Shown: positions 38,814 through 52,216, counted from the first letter of the whole stretch. The stretch: 62,628 nucleotides of DNA, filler included, from Sphacelaria rigidula (GCA_964200075.2; 7 parts of 7 records of this genome joined end to end with filler, not necessarily neighbours in it), one strand, 5' to 3'. Program-made: numbers and translations. The notes: a model not told the origin generated them from the letters alone.

Positions 38814-41800
38814 CTCACCCACCCAGACGAACCTCTATTTGAGTTGCGATGAAATCTCAAGAGCAACTAAAGTTGAGGCCTGTCTCACCCATCAAGTCAT
38901 GAGGAGACAACGTGAAAAAAATACAAGAGGGCAATGACCAGCCCGGTGCCCGATCCTCCCACACCTCGACAAGAAAACCCAAAGGTGCCTCAAAAAGCGC
39001 AATTACGCGATTGCGGTTGACTGCGCAGTAGCACACAATGCTGCTGCGAGCTAGCGAACAGACCGAAAAAAAGCACACAATGCTTTGACGCGCTATCTAG
39101 ATAAAAATCAAAGGAAAACCTCGCAAAGGACACAGTGGCAATCTCAAGCAGGAAAGCAAAACCTCAAGGACCCGAATAGGGTCGAGTGCCAGCCAGACAA
39201 AGTGGCGGCAGCGTAGAGGCCAATGGAAGGGGGCAAAGGGGGTCCAGAGGAAGTCGTCGAAGGGGCTGATGAAGGTAGAGACGAGCCGCGATAGGAGAGC
39301 CATCGTAGGTGAAGCAGTGAAGAGGAGAGCGTACTTGAATGGGAACAAGGGAAGTACCAGAACCAAACCGGGAGGGGAGATAAAAATCGCGATAAAGGGA
39401 GTGCGAAGAGATAGGACTCAAGATGGTGTATTGATGTCGTGTGTACGATCGATATTGCGCTGAAGACCTCGTCGTAGGCCGTGTGACTTGAAGCGTTTTA
39501 GGCACTAGGAGCCATGGGGTGCGGAGGGGCTGGTCGTGTAAAAATCGGGGCGAAGCTTGAGCTGAACGGGCCCAGGATCGTCGAGGAAACGCACGATGTA
39601 CGTGTCGGCCGCGGGGGCATCGACGGAGTGGGTCTGACCTAGCCACCAGAGGTAATCGCTGTCCTTATACCACAAGTAGGCATCTTTAGGGAGCGATTTT
39701 TGTTTTGCGCAAATATTTTCGTCCCATTGCTTGGTGGGTACGAGTTTGTAACCATCGGCTACAAAACGTAGTCCTTTGTCGCGGTGGAGTTCACGGGCTG
39801 CGGCGCCGCGTCTCATGTTGCGATATCCCTTGTTGTCAGCGAGCTGTTGCTGTGGGGATTGTGTCCAATGGAGAAGGATAGCACGACGGTGCAGTTGAAT
39901 CTCGGACTCGCGTTCCCAAGACGCACGCCGAAGACCTTGCCAGTGTGTCTTGTACATAACGGCAATTTTGCAGCCAGGGCCTCGAGTGATTTGGTGGCCG
40001 GAAATGTGGGACACGGCCAAGCGGAGAGGTTGTTCAGTCACGTCATCGGTGGTGACGTGGTACGGTGGAGATTTTGTTGAGTAGCTGTTGAGCACGTATT
40101 GGGTGAGACCTGCAGGCAGGTATTGAGGCATGTCCGTAGTGTCATGCGGGTTCGTGCAAGGCTTGCAACGATGCACAGAAACGCGAGATATAGCGTCGTG
40201 CCCCTGGAGATCACGAGGTAAAACGAGGTAGAGGATTTTGTTGCCAACAGGCTTGCCGTCAGGAGACGTCGGCGAGGGTCCGACTATGAGAATCTTGAAC
40301 GGGCCCGTCCGATTGAGGGACAGTTTGGTCTCCAAGACTGCTGCCTAGGCAGTGCGGTCAGCGCCTTGACGGATGGTGGACAAACTGTCGTAGATCTAGA
40401 CCCAATCGCCGATTTTCCAAGTAAGGCGTTTGTGCATCAAGTTGTAGAGGGCGGTGTTGGATCTTTCAAGGCGTGAGGCGTTGATAGCGTGTTGTTCGCG
40501 CACCAAAGTGAAAGCCTTGCGTTGACGAGCCCGGGCGAGGTCGTGGTAGGACAGCTGATCCTGGTCCAGACCTTGGTGACCATTGAAGGTATGTCTTTCG
40601 AAAACGGTGATGGGCAGACGAGGGTAGCGTCCAAGATGTAGCTCGTTGGGCGAGAGGCCCGTAGCCGCGTTAACCGAATTGTTGTAAGACAGCATGACAT
40701 GCGAAAGACGAAGGTCCCAGTCATTCTGGCGATCGTTTACGACCATGGATAGTATTTGAGCCATCGTGTGGTTCACACCTTCGGTTCCACCGTTACCGTT
40801 AGGGTGGTAGGCGCTCGTGGCAATTTTGCGAATGCCGAGGAGCTTGTACAAAGCATCCGAGAGTTCGGAGCAAAAATGTTGACCATTGTCGGAGAGGAGC
40901 CGTTTCGGGCAGCCATAGTGCTTAATGTAGTCATGCACGAGAATGTCCACTGTGCCAGCAGCAGTGAAATCGCTAGCAGTAACAGCATACATAGCCGCGT
41001 GACGGCTGAAGCAATCGGTGAAAAGCAGAATGTAGATATTACCACGGTCAGTGGTGGGGAAAGGGCCGAAGTAGTCAAACGAGACGAAGTGACCAGGAGC
41101 GTTTGGAAGCTCTATGGAAATCACCGGCCATCGTACATTCTGATGAGAGGTTTTGCGAGCCTGACATTGGAAACATCGTCAGATCGAAAAACGCGTGGAT
41201 GCTTCCATGCCGATCCACCAATAAAAGCGTTCAAGGAGCGCTTACGTGCGCGTGACGCCTAAATGGCAGGACAAATCAGAGTGACAGCCTTTCATGACCC
41301 ACGGACGCATCATGACGCATACGTGCCGCAGCGGCAGTTGTCACTGCGGCAGCCGTGTCCAAAGGGGAGTTGGGTCGGCGAACAAGCAAATGGACGTCGT
41401 CATCAGTCGCGAAGATAAAACCTTTGCGTGCCAGCTCGAGCACTTCAGAGGCGGTGGGGGCGGGTAGAGTGCCCACGGGGGTCAGGATCTCAGCCGGGAA
41501 AGGGGTGGGGCAGTTAAGCCGTAAGTACCGCATTGTCGTACGACAGAGCGATTCCTGTTGTTGGTCGCGAGCCTAATCGCAGTGAGAGTAGCCAGCGAGA
41601 AATTCTCGAAGTTGTCCTTCAGCCGGAGAGCCAACCAAACATGGTGGCTCAGGAGGGGGTGGCACAGGCGAAGAAGCAGGGGTGCCGACGTCAATATTTT
41701 GGTCCGGAAGCGGATCTGACGCATGCGGATCGCGAGTCAGAGGCGCAGGTGTAGGGAGATTCCCAGAAGGCTGCGGGGGGGTAGCGCGAACTGGTGAACG

Positions 41801-44708
41801 TGATCGACGCGTCGGGCGCGCAAGGGGCGTGGACTTGGCCGGTACAACAGTGGGCGCGTGGCCGGTTGTGGTAGGTGTTGTACGGCTCGTGGGGGCACGA
41901 GGCGGCGGCGGCGACGCATCGCGATAAGCGGCCGGCGGCGGTGGTGGCATCACGGCACGCGAAGAATTTGCGCGAGCTGCCGACCGAGAACGCGTGTTGT
42001 CGGAGATGAGGTGAACAGCTGGTGGTAGCGGCGCAGAGATGTTCGCACGAGGGTCGAAAGTGTGGAAGTCAGCAAAATCAGCAGCTGTTGGCGCTAAGCC
42101 ATCCAAAACTGCATCAGGGGGCAGAGGGCGGGGGCCCCCCATGTGCAGACCTGCCTCAGGGCATTGCAGGTCAAGCGCGTAGATGGGCGTAGAAAAACGC
42201 TGAATGGGGTAGACGCCTGGTTTATCAGGTTCAGTCAAGCGGCAAGCGGGACTGAAATCTACCGCTGTAGGGGGCAGAAGCAATCGCGAAAGAAGGTCAG
42301 CATTGCCGTTGGTTTTGCCCGGACGGTGTTTAACAGTGTACTGGTAGGACGTCAAGAACTCCAGCCACCGTTGTACGCGGGGGTTATGTTCTCCAACCTT
42401 AGCGAGTTGTTCAAGAGCTCCGTGATCTGTATAGACGTGGAAAGACACGTGGAACAAGTACTGTCGAAGCCTTTTAATAGCCCAAGTTATGACTCCGTCT
42501 TCGAGTTCCAGTGGACTCCAGTTTGCCTCGTTTGGGAGGGTTGCGCGGCTGATGTAGAAAATAGGTCGGACAGAGCCATCCAGTTGCGGCTGATTCAGAA
42601 CGGCGCCGAACCCATCTGTGCTAGCATCGGTGTGTAGTTGGAAAAGACGTGAGCCGTCTTGTACCGCATCCCAATCCGGGAAACATAGAACCGGTTTTTC
42701 GGTCAGTGTTTTTCAGCAGTTCGCGGACGGTGGCTTCCATGTCTTTAGTGAAGACAAACGGGACGTTTTTCTTCAAAACATCTATGATGGGCCGGATCCG
42801 CTTGGACAAATTGGGCAAAAGTTTGCGATAATATGAAAGTCCGCCCAACAGCGAGCGAAGCTGCGAAATATTGGTGGGCATGGGCATATCAGTCATAGCC
42901 TTGACTTTGTTCGTGTCTGGTGCAATCCAGCAGGAGAAACAGAGTGTCCCAAAAAATCCAATTCAGTGACTCCGAGTCGAGCTTCGGATGGAGAAAAATT
43001 TAAGTCGTGTGTACGCAAGCGGAAGAGGAATTCCGGTAGAGTGTGAACATGCGTCTTGGGGGAGGCATCAAAAGCGATAGCATCGTCTAGATACATGATA
43101 ACATGCTCGAGACCGTCAGTAACGCGTTGCATGAGGCGTTGAAAGCAGCCGGGTGCTATGGCATACGAAGCCATTCGAAAAGCCCTGAACATGTACAGAA
43201 CGCTGTCAAGGGAACTGTATCCGGGTGAATTGCATTTTGGAAAAATCCACATGCCAGATCGAAAGTGCTGAATATTTTTCCTTCGCCGAGAGAGTCGAAG
43301 ACCTCGTCGATGCGAGGTATGTGGATTTTTCCCACGACAGTGACGCGATTCAGCCGTTTGTAATTCACGATGATGAGTATGTTGCCATTTTGGGGGGGGA
43401 CAACCACGAGGGGTGAGGCCCATGGCGAAGACGAGTGTTGAATCAGAGCAGCTCCTAAGTATGCATCCAAAATGGCATTGACTTTTTTGGTGAGGAGGGG
43501 ATTCGTTCGATATGGTCGAGATGAGATAAGGTTGACGAAACGCCAGGTTGCAATGTTATCTCAAATGGCAACGTTTTACAATGCCCGAGATCCGTTTTGG
43601 ATCGGAAAAATCTGTCCTGATATTCCAGGAGAACATCTTGAAGCTCTTGGATGACGGCGGGCTCCCAGCCCGGACCATGTAGGTCAAAATGGACATTACG
43701 CAAATGAGGTGGAAGTTGGTGCCACATTTGCAGGAAATATTCCCGAGACTCGACCGATAAGCGTTGAAGCCGTCATCAGAAGGTTCAGCAGGGGGTCGGT
43801 CGGGTTCCACCGCAGAAATCCGAGTCGGGGGTGAGGCGGATAGATTGAAGTATGGCTCATCGACGCAGTGAACAAAACCATCAGTCAGCGGCGTGAGATC
43901 AGGCGCCGGAGGGTCGGCTACACAGGTTTCCAGAGGAATGTGCATAAGAGGAGCCGCGGCGATGCCCAAGACATCGCCAGGTTCGAAATTAGCATGCCTG
44001 TGAGAAGCAGGAGTTGTTCGCCGTCCGAGACAAAATGCTCGGGGCCAGCGGGCGCGCCAACTTTAGGCAGCGATTCCGCAAGGTAGTGGCCGGTGAGGGC
44101 AGGCATACCGTTGCGGCGAACCAGTGAAACTTCCAAGAGTTGAGGCTCGTCGGAAAGGGTGACGCTAGAACTGCCATTGTACCGAAGATAGTAAGTCGCT
44201 CCGGTAGCCTGCTCGTTCTTTTTGTAGGCTAAGGCACCATTGAGGGTACCAAAGTTTTCTAATTTGGGTTCTCCACGAGGCGCCGACTAAGGCGATAATG
44301 GTGGGAGGGTGCGGTACGTACGTTGGTCGAACCGCATGTAGCTATCTCTGCCAAGAAGGAGAGCATGATGCATGGTGCTATCAGGGATGATGTAAGCCCA
44401 AACTGCGAGACTAGCCGAACGTGTATCATTGTGGAAAAATTGTACACTAAGACGAACAGATTTTCGTGTCGTCAAGGGTGTTTCGGAGTCGCCGAAACCG
44501 CCCCAAACGCGAGGTTGGGTGATGGTTTCGCAGACATCGGAAGCAGCGCTAGTCTGCTTCATATGATTCCACATGGATTCGTTGATGAATGTCTGTGGAC
44601 TACCGCTGTCTAACAACGAGACGCACTTGGCGCGCGCGGTGGCGTAAGGGCCGCAGTGTAATGCTACGCGGGTAGTGAAGGTGGCAGGATCAACGGATAC
44701 CTTACCAC
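38464..44708 (-). mobile_element. Decayed Ty3/gypsy (chromovirus-like) LTR retrotransposon: protease-RT-RNaseH-integrase-chromo, PPT and 3' LTR
   Basis: Minus strand: protease LDSGS (~44610), RT SSSPWASP...FDLACGFFQ...MYLDD (~42900-43470), RNase H VYTDH...RVQRW (~42300-42640), integrase FDYFGP...LLSDNG...YHPNGNGGTE (40396-41124), GPF motif (~40300). Many frameshifts. Truncated by the contig end. Confidence 0.93.
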
Positions 44709-44989
44709 NNNNNNNNNNNNNNNNNNNNNNNNNNNNNNNNNNNNNNNNNNNNTTAATTAATTAANNNNNNNNNNNNNNNNNNNNNNNNNNNNNNNNNNNN
44801 NNNNNNNNCAACAATCCCCGCGCTGGTCGTTCGGGTCTGGTCGATGATTTTTGCCTCCCTGTGATTGGGTAGTCGCTCGAAGACTTATTTTTTATTGTTC
44901 CACTAACACAGGGTCAACCCTGTGTTAGGGGGGGTCCGGTCCCAAAAGAGTTAAGGGTATTTTCCTCATACCCCCAGACCGGTTTATGC

Positions 44990-45652
44990 CCTTAATTCAT
45001 GAAAAATAAATATTGGGGAACGCCAAGACAGCTTTTCATTATGCCCTATTCATTGTCCATACCAAATTTCAGGATCTACCTCTAATTTTTTAATGGCGAA
45101 TGGACCGTTCAAAAACCGGGCCGGCATAAATTCGGAACAGCATTTAGGAGGACGCTCACGCGCCCACGTTTGGTAGTTAGAGGTTGAAGTTTTGTGGGGA
45201 ACCTCGCAAGGGCATGTTTGACCGAAAAAAAGTGGGGCGACTCAATTTGAATTCTTTTTTTCACTGGTTTCAGGCGGTATAGTGTCGTCAACACCATTTT
45301 TTCAGGAGAATGCCCAAACCTCTACATTGATATATATATATATATGTATATATATGGGCCCATTTTTTTATTTTTCAGCGGACCTCTGTGGGTCTTCATT
45401 CTAAGTTTCAAATCACCACTGTAATTGGGGTTAAATACAGATTTTAGTATGGACGCCATCTCCGTACGGTATAGGAATAACTACACATGGGGCTTAATCA
45501 ACGACGAAAAAGTTGGCCCAAAAGTTTGAGTACATGGCCACCTTCCCCTTGATTCGACGATCAGTTTGATATGCGGATCACGGCCTAACTCGTTTCCGGT
45601 GATGAGATATTGCTCCTACAGTTTAAATCCACTTTCCGGCCGGCTCAGCTCG
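44990..45652. mobile_element. Partial CGAGCTG(G/A)GCC-TIR family element
   Basis: Ends GGCTCAGCTCG. Segment 45440-45650 aligns with 59822-60041 (GATTTTAGTATGGACGC-ATCTCCGTACGGTATA). Confidence 0.7.
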
Positions 45653-46724
45653 TCGTGTATGTACGAAGTAAGATACGCGTTCAAGCCACGCAACGGGAAA
45701 AACTGTTTTGTGGGTACCACCGCACGTACAAAAGCGCCCAGCGTATCCACAGAGGGATAATTCAATCCCCTATCGCCCGAGCTTTTCAACATTGATAAAT
45801 CATCAAACCCAGTTGCAGAAGAAGCAGTGAAGTGTGGATCTACTAACGTGATCGAAAAAATGCGCCCAGAATACCCGATATTTCAATGAAGACACGCTTG
45901 ACGCGACAGTTAATATGTCGCGATCGTGGACGTTTCAGACCTTCCCCTTCTGAACAAAGCTTTATGAGATGAGTCTGGTCCGGTTTGTCAAGAAAAAAAA
46001 AAATTCCAATCCGGGGATGATAATGTCTCATCCCCTTTCTTTCGGAACTAATTTACCCATGAAATCTGTGCGTCGCAACGCCATTTTCAACGAAAACTAT
46101 TGTTGTATATTTTTTTGTCGAACCCATTGAAGCACGTTCCGACAGCTATCTCCCAAATGTTGGTGTTCATCAGTGACGACGGAGGAAGTATGACGGGCGT
46201 TTGTTTCTGTCCCCTCATTCCCACTATATCTTATGATCACAAATGGACAAAAACAATGAAAACGGAACAATGTGGGGCGTTTCAGACCTTTTCCTTTGGC
46301 ACAAATCTTCATGAGGTAAGTGCGGTCCGTTTCGAAGGAAACATTTAAAAAACAAAAATGCAGGGACGAAATCGCCTATCCCCTGGTTTGCGGCACAAAT
46401 TTGGTCATGAGCGCTTTGAGTCTGTGTTTGGCTCTGACCTTCTCCACGAAAACTGTCGTTTTCCCCCTATTTTCTTTTACAAGCCATTGTAATATGTTTC
46501 GACGGGTATCTCCTTCATCGCTCACGATTACGATATCATGACGCACGACGAGTGACGGCCCCCAATCACTCATTGTCCTTCAAAAATCGCCGGTATACAG
46601 CGCCTGCGGCAACTCTTCCACCTATGCACGCGCTAACACTGACACGCTCCCGCAGCAAACGAATAATGGATATGTCAGACGTATTCGCAGCAGCACTATA
46701 GCCTCTGTTTGCTGCGCGATGTTG

Positions 46725-46980
46725 TACTCGGTTCTCGAAGTGCGTGGCGGTCTCACTAACCCACACACGCCGCACCCCCAAAGTCTTGCACAATTGCAAC
46801 AAATACTCAGCCGTAACCTCGGCAGTGCAATCCTCGGTTGGTTCTCACCAAACGAAATTTGACAAATCATCCGGGATAACAAACATACAGCAAACCATTA
46901 GGCAGTTAGTACCGTCAAGTTCGCTACTTCCAACGTACAAAAATCAAGGTGAACAACCTCACCTGGCGCGATACCTTAAA
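46725..46980 (-). mobile_element. Fragment of a gypsy-type integrase core
   Basis: Minus-strand translation: PGEVVHLDF...FVIPDDLSNFVW*EPTEDCTAEVTAEYLLQLCKTLGVRRVWVSETATHFENRV. Confidence 0.7.
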
Positions 46981-46999
46981 CACTCTTAAACCGTCACAG

Positions 47000-48784
47000 C
47001 ATCCCTGCTTCCATTTGTCCAAATGGCGTACAACACTCTATATCACAATACAGTACAAGATACACCGTATTTTGTGCTGTTCGGAAGACAGCCCAGATTA
47101 CTAATTGACATTATACTCGGAATACCTGAAGAGAGCCAAGCAGCAACACCAGAAACATTTTCCAAAGAAACACGGGAAGGCCTACAGTTTGGATTTGAAA
47201 TTGCGAGACAAGCCCTACGAGAAAGAGCGAACGAGAAAGAAAACAAGAACGAATTCAAATATTTCCCAGTGTTCAAACCGGGGCAAAAAGTACTTTTGTA
47301 CCGACCATACCAAGATTCAGAAGGGCTGAACGCGAAACTCCAATTACCATGGAGAGGACCATTCACGATAACCGAGAGACGATCGCCGGTTGTATACAGA
47401 ATCAAAATAGGCGACGGCCCTCAAGAGACGTATGTCAGTACATCTCGCTCATTTGATATCACCCGCGAGAAACAGCGCCAGCACCGGATTTTGACACGTT
47501 GAGCGAGTTGTTCCTGGGTAAACAGATATCCCTATCAGAGATAAACCAACCAGACGGAACGTTGCCCACAACAGAAAGCTACGCCGTCGAAAAAGTGATA
47601 AGTCATGCGCCAGGTCTAGGTAGGAAGAGTCGTCATAATTATAAATATCGGTTGAGACTTAAAGGCTACGGCCCAGCGGCTGACCTGACCTACCGCGCGG
47701 ACGAAAGACCACAATGTAAACATCTCATCGATAAATACTGTCATGACAAGGGATAAGTTGAATTCTCACATCCGGACTCGAAATCCAAAACTACAGGGAA
47801 ACGGAAACGGATGTGGCTGTTCAACAGACTGTTTGAGCGTCCTAGCAAAACGCTCAGGGGTTGAGCAGTACCCTGACGTCAAAATTCGGAGATTAATGGG
47901 AGCCAAGAACGATCTTAGAACAATACAGACATGAACCGAAGAAGATCTGACATATCAGCGGTGACGGAGGTGCAACCTCCCAAGGTAGATAACTCATCAG
48001 CAATGAGGGTAGTTGCTGACGACAAGGTTTATTTTGACGATGTTTAGACAAAAAAGCACAATGCTCATAGGCCGAAAAACTCGTGTCCACCGCTTTGTTA
48101 CTAACGCGAGGACGTAGTCCCACGTCGATCTCAGAGGAACCGAAGGCATCCCAGAACCCGGGTATGAATAACCCAGGCGCCCGTAGACCAATCAGTGTCC
48201 CAGTTCCCAGGCATACATACCAGCAGATGCAACCAGCACCCAAGTGTAAATACATCTGATGAAACAGCTACACGACAGAGAAAACCAAAATTAAAAGGGT
48301 TTGCAATACATGCACTGCTACTGACCACAAGTAGCTAAAATGTACTGGAGGTGCTTACTCAATACTGGAGTATAGAGAAGGGCTACCTTTGCGATCAGTG
48401 GTGGCGTGACTTAATCAATGATAGTCACTCAAAGAAACTTCCACAATTATATCATCAGCAAATCTGATCATCGCCTCGTCCCACCAGCCATAGCCTCGAT
48501 GGGCTTGAGGCGCATAGAGGAGGGGAAATGTGGAGGATACTTCTTTGCAGTGACATATCAGAGACCGATGCGAAGCATGTATGAAGAGCCAGCGCAAGCA
48601 GGTACAAGGTAGGAACGGTCCGGGTAGACCAGATTACCGAGGACCCTGTAATGACAACGAAACTAGACAACTCGGGGTGATGCCAGGAAGAGCCTAATAT
48701 TAGGACGGTCCAACATCCCTCGAGGAACTGGTCGCCTCTGTCGACCACTCCCTGTCTGACCCAACTTGTTGCCTACATCTCACA
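47000..48784 (+). mobile_element. Ty3/gypsy chromovirus 3' remnant (integrase C-terminus, GPF, chromodomain, probable PPT and LTR)
   Basis: MAYNT...TPYFVLFGRQPRL, KLQLPWRGPF, chromodomain YAVEKVISH...YRLRLKGYGPAAD (~47580-47730). AGAGGAGGGGAAA is followed by TGTGGAGG (48529)...ATCTCACA (48784). Confidence 0.82.
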
Positions 48785-49173
48785 AGAGGGAATCACCGTC
48801 CTCGGAGTCCCTTCGGCATGAGGACGGCATCTCTCAAAACAGGCTCCTCCTTAGTCTGTCTCCCGTTGCGATACGTATTCCTTACATTGTGTCCTTTATT
48901 GTTTTTTCTCTTCTTTTCGGTTTACATTATTTGCAGATCTGGCGTTTGTTGTTTGTTTGTTTATTTTTCTTCTTTTCTTTTCTCTCCCCGTTGAACTCGT
49001 GGGAGCTACCTTTCACCGGTTTTCGTGGCGTCTCTCTTCTTCTTCTTCTTATTTTTGGTGATATGTCTTATGAGGAATAGCAGGGGCGGCATTGGAAAGG
49101 CGTGCCTACGTCTGTGACCACAGGTTCGCGAGATCGGACTAATGGACGGAAACAATAATAAATAGTAATAAAT
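48785..49173 (+). mobile_element. Probable retroposon 3' end with an (AAT)-rich tail
   Basis: T-rich UTR-like tract, then a GC-richer terminal segment ending AACAATAATAAATAGTAATAAAT. Only one copy is in the window. Confidence 0.4.
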
Positions 49174-51009
49174 GAAAAGTGGGGGATTCGCACGGGTGAC
49201 TTTTCTAGCGACTTCTAGACGTCGAGAGATAGGACGAGAACTACGCAGGCAAATCAGCCCCCTCCTTTTTTTACTTCCTTCCAACTTCCTTCTGACAGCT
49301 AACTCACTGCTGTCCACGTTTACTTCCCGGCACAGCATAGTACGCCGACTGTGTATCCTTGTGCGAGTTGAGAATTGAGAGTGACAGGGGACCATAACAG
49401 CTCTTCGATAATGATAAGAAGTTCCTAGCATCATCATCTATACACGCTCGACTGCCGTCTGAGCTATCAACTGCTCCAGCGTCTGAAACTGGGAAGACGT
49501 GTTCACATCCATGAACCTCATCGAATTAGATTACTTTAGCAGTCTGGTCGTCACTTGGAGGCAAGGCACGGCAGCGACATAGTAGCTGCGAATATAAGAG
49601 CCAGGCAAATGCTGGTGGCGAGACTGGACAGTCAGAAGGACCGGGATATTTTCCTAAATATTGCTCCTTTGGCCGTGTGGCGTGAGTTGAAAGTGTCTGA
49701 CAGCCTCAAGACCACCGGAGCTACATTAGCGCTGCTGGAGCAGATTTATGGATAAGGGTACCAGGAGAGCGGGAAACGAAGGAAGTGTTAGTATGGAATA
49801 TTTATATGCCCCCAGAATCGAAGAGTAATAGGGTGGACGGTATCCAGCGGAGGTTTAGAGAGATAGCAGCAGATATACAAAGGTATAAAAGGCAAGGGAA
49901 AGAAATGGTCGTCGGAGATTTCAATGCAGGGTTTGGAAGACCAGGTTAACCAAATCGTATCATTGAACAAAACAGGGATTCGAGGACAAACACGAATGGT
50001 GCAACGAGATAAACACGCTGCACAATAGTGCACCAAAGCGAGAGGCAAAATGGGCATGGACTAGAAAATGCAAAGGCGAGAGAGAACGCTCCGTTCTTGA
50101 CCATGTAGTGGTAAAATATGGAAATGGCACGGAAATAGAAGTACATGAATGCACACAGGACGTGGGAACTACAGATCATTGCCTAATATAGACAAGAAGC
50201 CAAACAACGAGAACCAAAAGGAATGGGTGGGGTGGGAAATTGTACAATGGAGAATGAAAAACCTGGGAATGGAAGAAAAACAGCAAGAATCGCAAGAAGA
50301 GATGACCAAAAATGCAGTGAAAGTTTCCGCGCTGTTGGAAAGAGTAGGTACATTTGATACCGGAACGGAAAGGAATCGGGCAGGACCAAAGATTGTAGAA
50401 GGATGGGAGCAGTTGCCATTGGGAAGAAACTGATCGTACGTAACAGAGCAGTAAAATGGTGGAATGAGGAAGTAAAAGAAGCAATGAGAGCAAGGAGAGA
50501 GACGCACGCAAGGTACATATCGAGTAAACCCATCGTTGGCTGGAAGGAGTATACTCAACTTTCGAAAGGAAGTGCAAAAATATGATGGAGAAGAAAGAGC
50601 AGGAATATTGGTAAGATGAAGCGAATGAAACGAATGAAGACTCCGATAGTGGGGTGAAACAAATGTGGGTAGGGATGAAGGGAATGATGAGGAAGGCAGC
50701 AAGGTCAGACGGAATGAGGGGAAAGCTAAACAAATTTGGGCACAGAACGGCAAAATAGTGAGTAGTTCGACAGGAGATATAGCAGCAGTAGTAGAGCTCT
50801 ACCGTAAATCAGGAACACCGAAAACTGACAATATGTTCGACACTGAATTCGTAACAGATATCAACGCGTGGGCAGAGGCAAATGTCAAGGCATTATAGCG
50901 AAAGGATAGGGGCTCAAAAGGGTAGTAGAGAGAGTGTACCAGAGATGAAAGTAAAGGAGTGTGTAGTTCAACTGAAGAGCAGGAAGGCAGCAAGGTCAGA
51001 CGAAATAGG

Positions 51010-51208
51010 TGTGATGCGTGAGAGGACCGCGTGCTTAGAGGACCTCATCGGAATTCGAATATCCCCATGGTTAGGGTTAGTGTTGGGGTTAGGGTCACGG
51101 GCGTGGTCCCTGCAGGGGCTGGCCCGATCGGTTATGAAAAACACCGATCCTGAGGTGTTTTGAACTATGGTGCGGTCCCCTAAGCACGCGGTTCTCTCGC
51201 GCATTACA
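51010..51208. mobile_element. MITE with ~35-bp TIRs and an internal (TTAGGG)-like core, inserted in the LINE RT
   Basis: TGTGATGCGTGAGAGGACCGCGTGCTTAGAGGACC...GGTCCCCTAAGCACGCGGTTCTCTCGCGCATTACA. TA(G) is duplicated on the flanks, and removing the element restores DEIVND. Confidence 0.85.
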
Positions 51209-51972
51209 TAGTGAATGACGTCCCAAAGTACGCGGGGGAGAAGTCGTGACTACCATTGTGGTTACGTTATATACTCAGATCTGGGAAAGTGAGTACACAC
51301 CCGAAAGATTGAGAGAAGGAGCAGTAATCAGGATTTTCAATGAAGGAGACAAGGCTGACCCAGGGGCTTGTAGAGGGATAGCGTTACTAAGCATCGTAGG
51401 AAAAATATTATGTACGACTCAGGATAATAGAGTGGAACGGTGCTCAAAAGGAAAGAAAAAACCAGCGAGGGGCAAGCAGGTTTTAGACCAAACCGTGGTT
51501 GCGTCGATGATGTGTACACATGAGGTATGATTATTCTAGGTAGGAAAGACGCCGGGCGGACAACGTACTGTTTCTTTCAGGACGTACAAAAATGCCCATG
51601 ATACATTATGAAGATATGGGCTATGAGACCATTAGTGGGAAGCTGGGACAAGAGGAAGGGGTGGAGAGCGGTGAAGAAGATGACAGAATGTACACAAAGT
51701 GCTATGATGCTAGACGTGAAAGTATCGAAATATTGTGATGTTTCACAACGAAGTGCACAAGGATGAACCCTATCACCCACTTCATTTTATATATTTAGGA
51801 TTGATCTGATCAGAACAATAGAAGCAGCAAAGCAAGGAGTCATGGTGGAGGGAGATGCAGTATTAGGATTGACATTAGCGGATGATTCCGTGGGGATACC
51901 AGAAACACCAGAAGGATTGCAGAAGCAAATAGAGAAGGTGCTAGGATACACAAGCAAATGGAAAGCGACATC

Positions 51973-52216
51973 GGGTTGATGCTACGGTAGGGGTTGCACG
52001 TTTCTGGCAAAAATGTTTCTCGGGGCGTTGGACGGGTCATTTTGAGAATCGGTGACGATTGAAAATTGTGCACGAAGAGGTCCCTACGTGCAAACTCCGT
52101 CTTTCTGGGAGTCCGGTCCCCGGAAATTTGGGTTGCACAGTAAGCCCCGTACATTTGGACTTCTACAAAAAAGAGAGCCAGAAACCAAACATGCAACTCC
52201 TATCGTAGCATTGCTC
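51973..52216. mobile_element. MITE inserted in the LINE RT
   Basis: ATGCTACGGTAGGGGTTGCACGTTT...AAACATGCAACTCCTATCGTAGCAT. It interrupts KWKAT|ANV. Confidence 0.75.

Noticed and set aside
49113-49507. TGTGACCAC...GTGTTCACA as a solo LTR
   Set aside because: No TSD or PPT, and the left motif falls inside an AAT-tailed retroposon-like end.
50169-50753. Hydrophobic minus-strand ORFs (194 and 185 aa)
   Set aside because: Antisense of the purine-rich LINE ORF.
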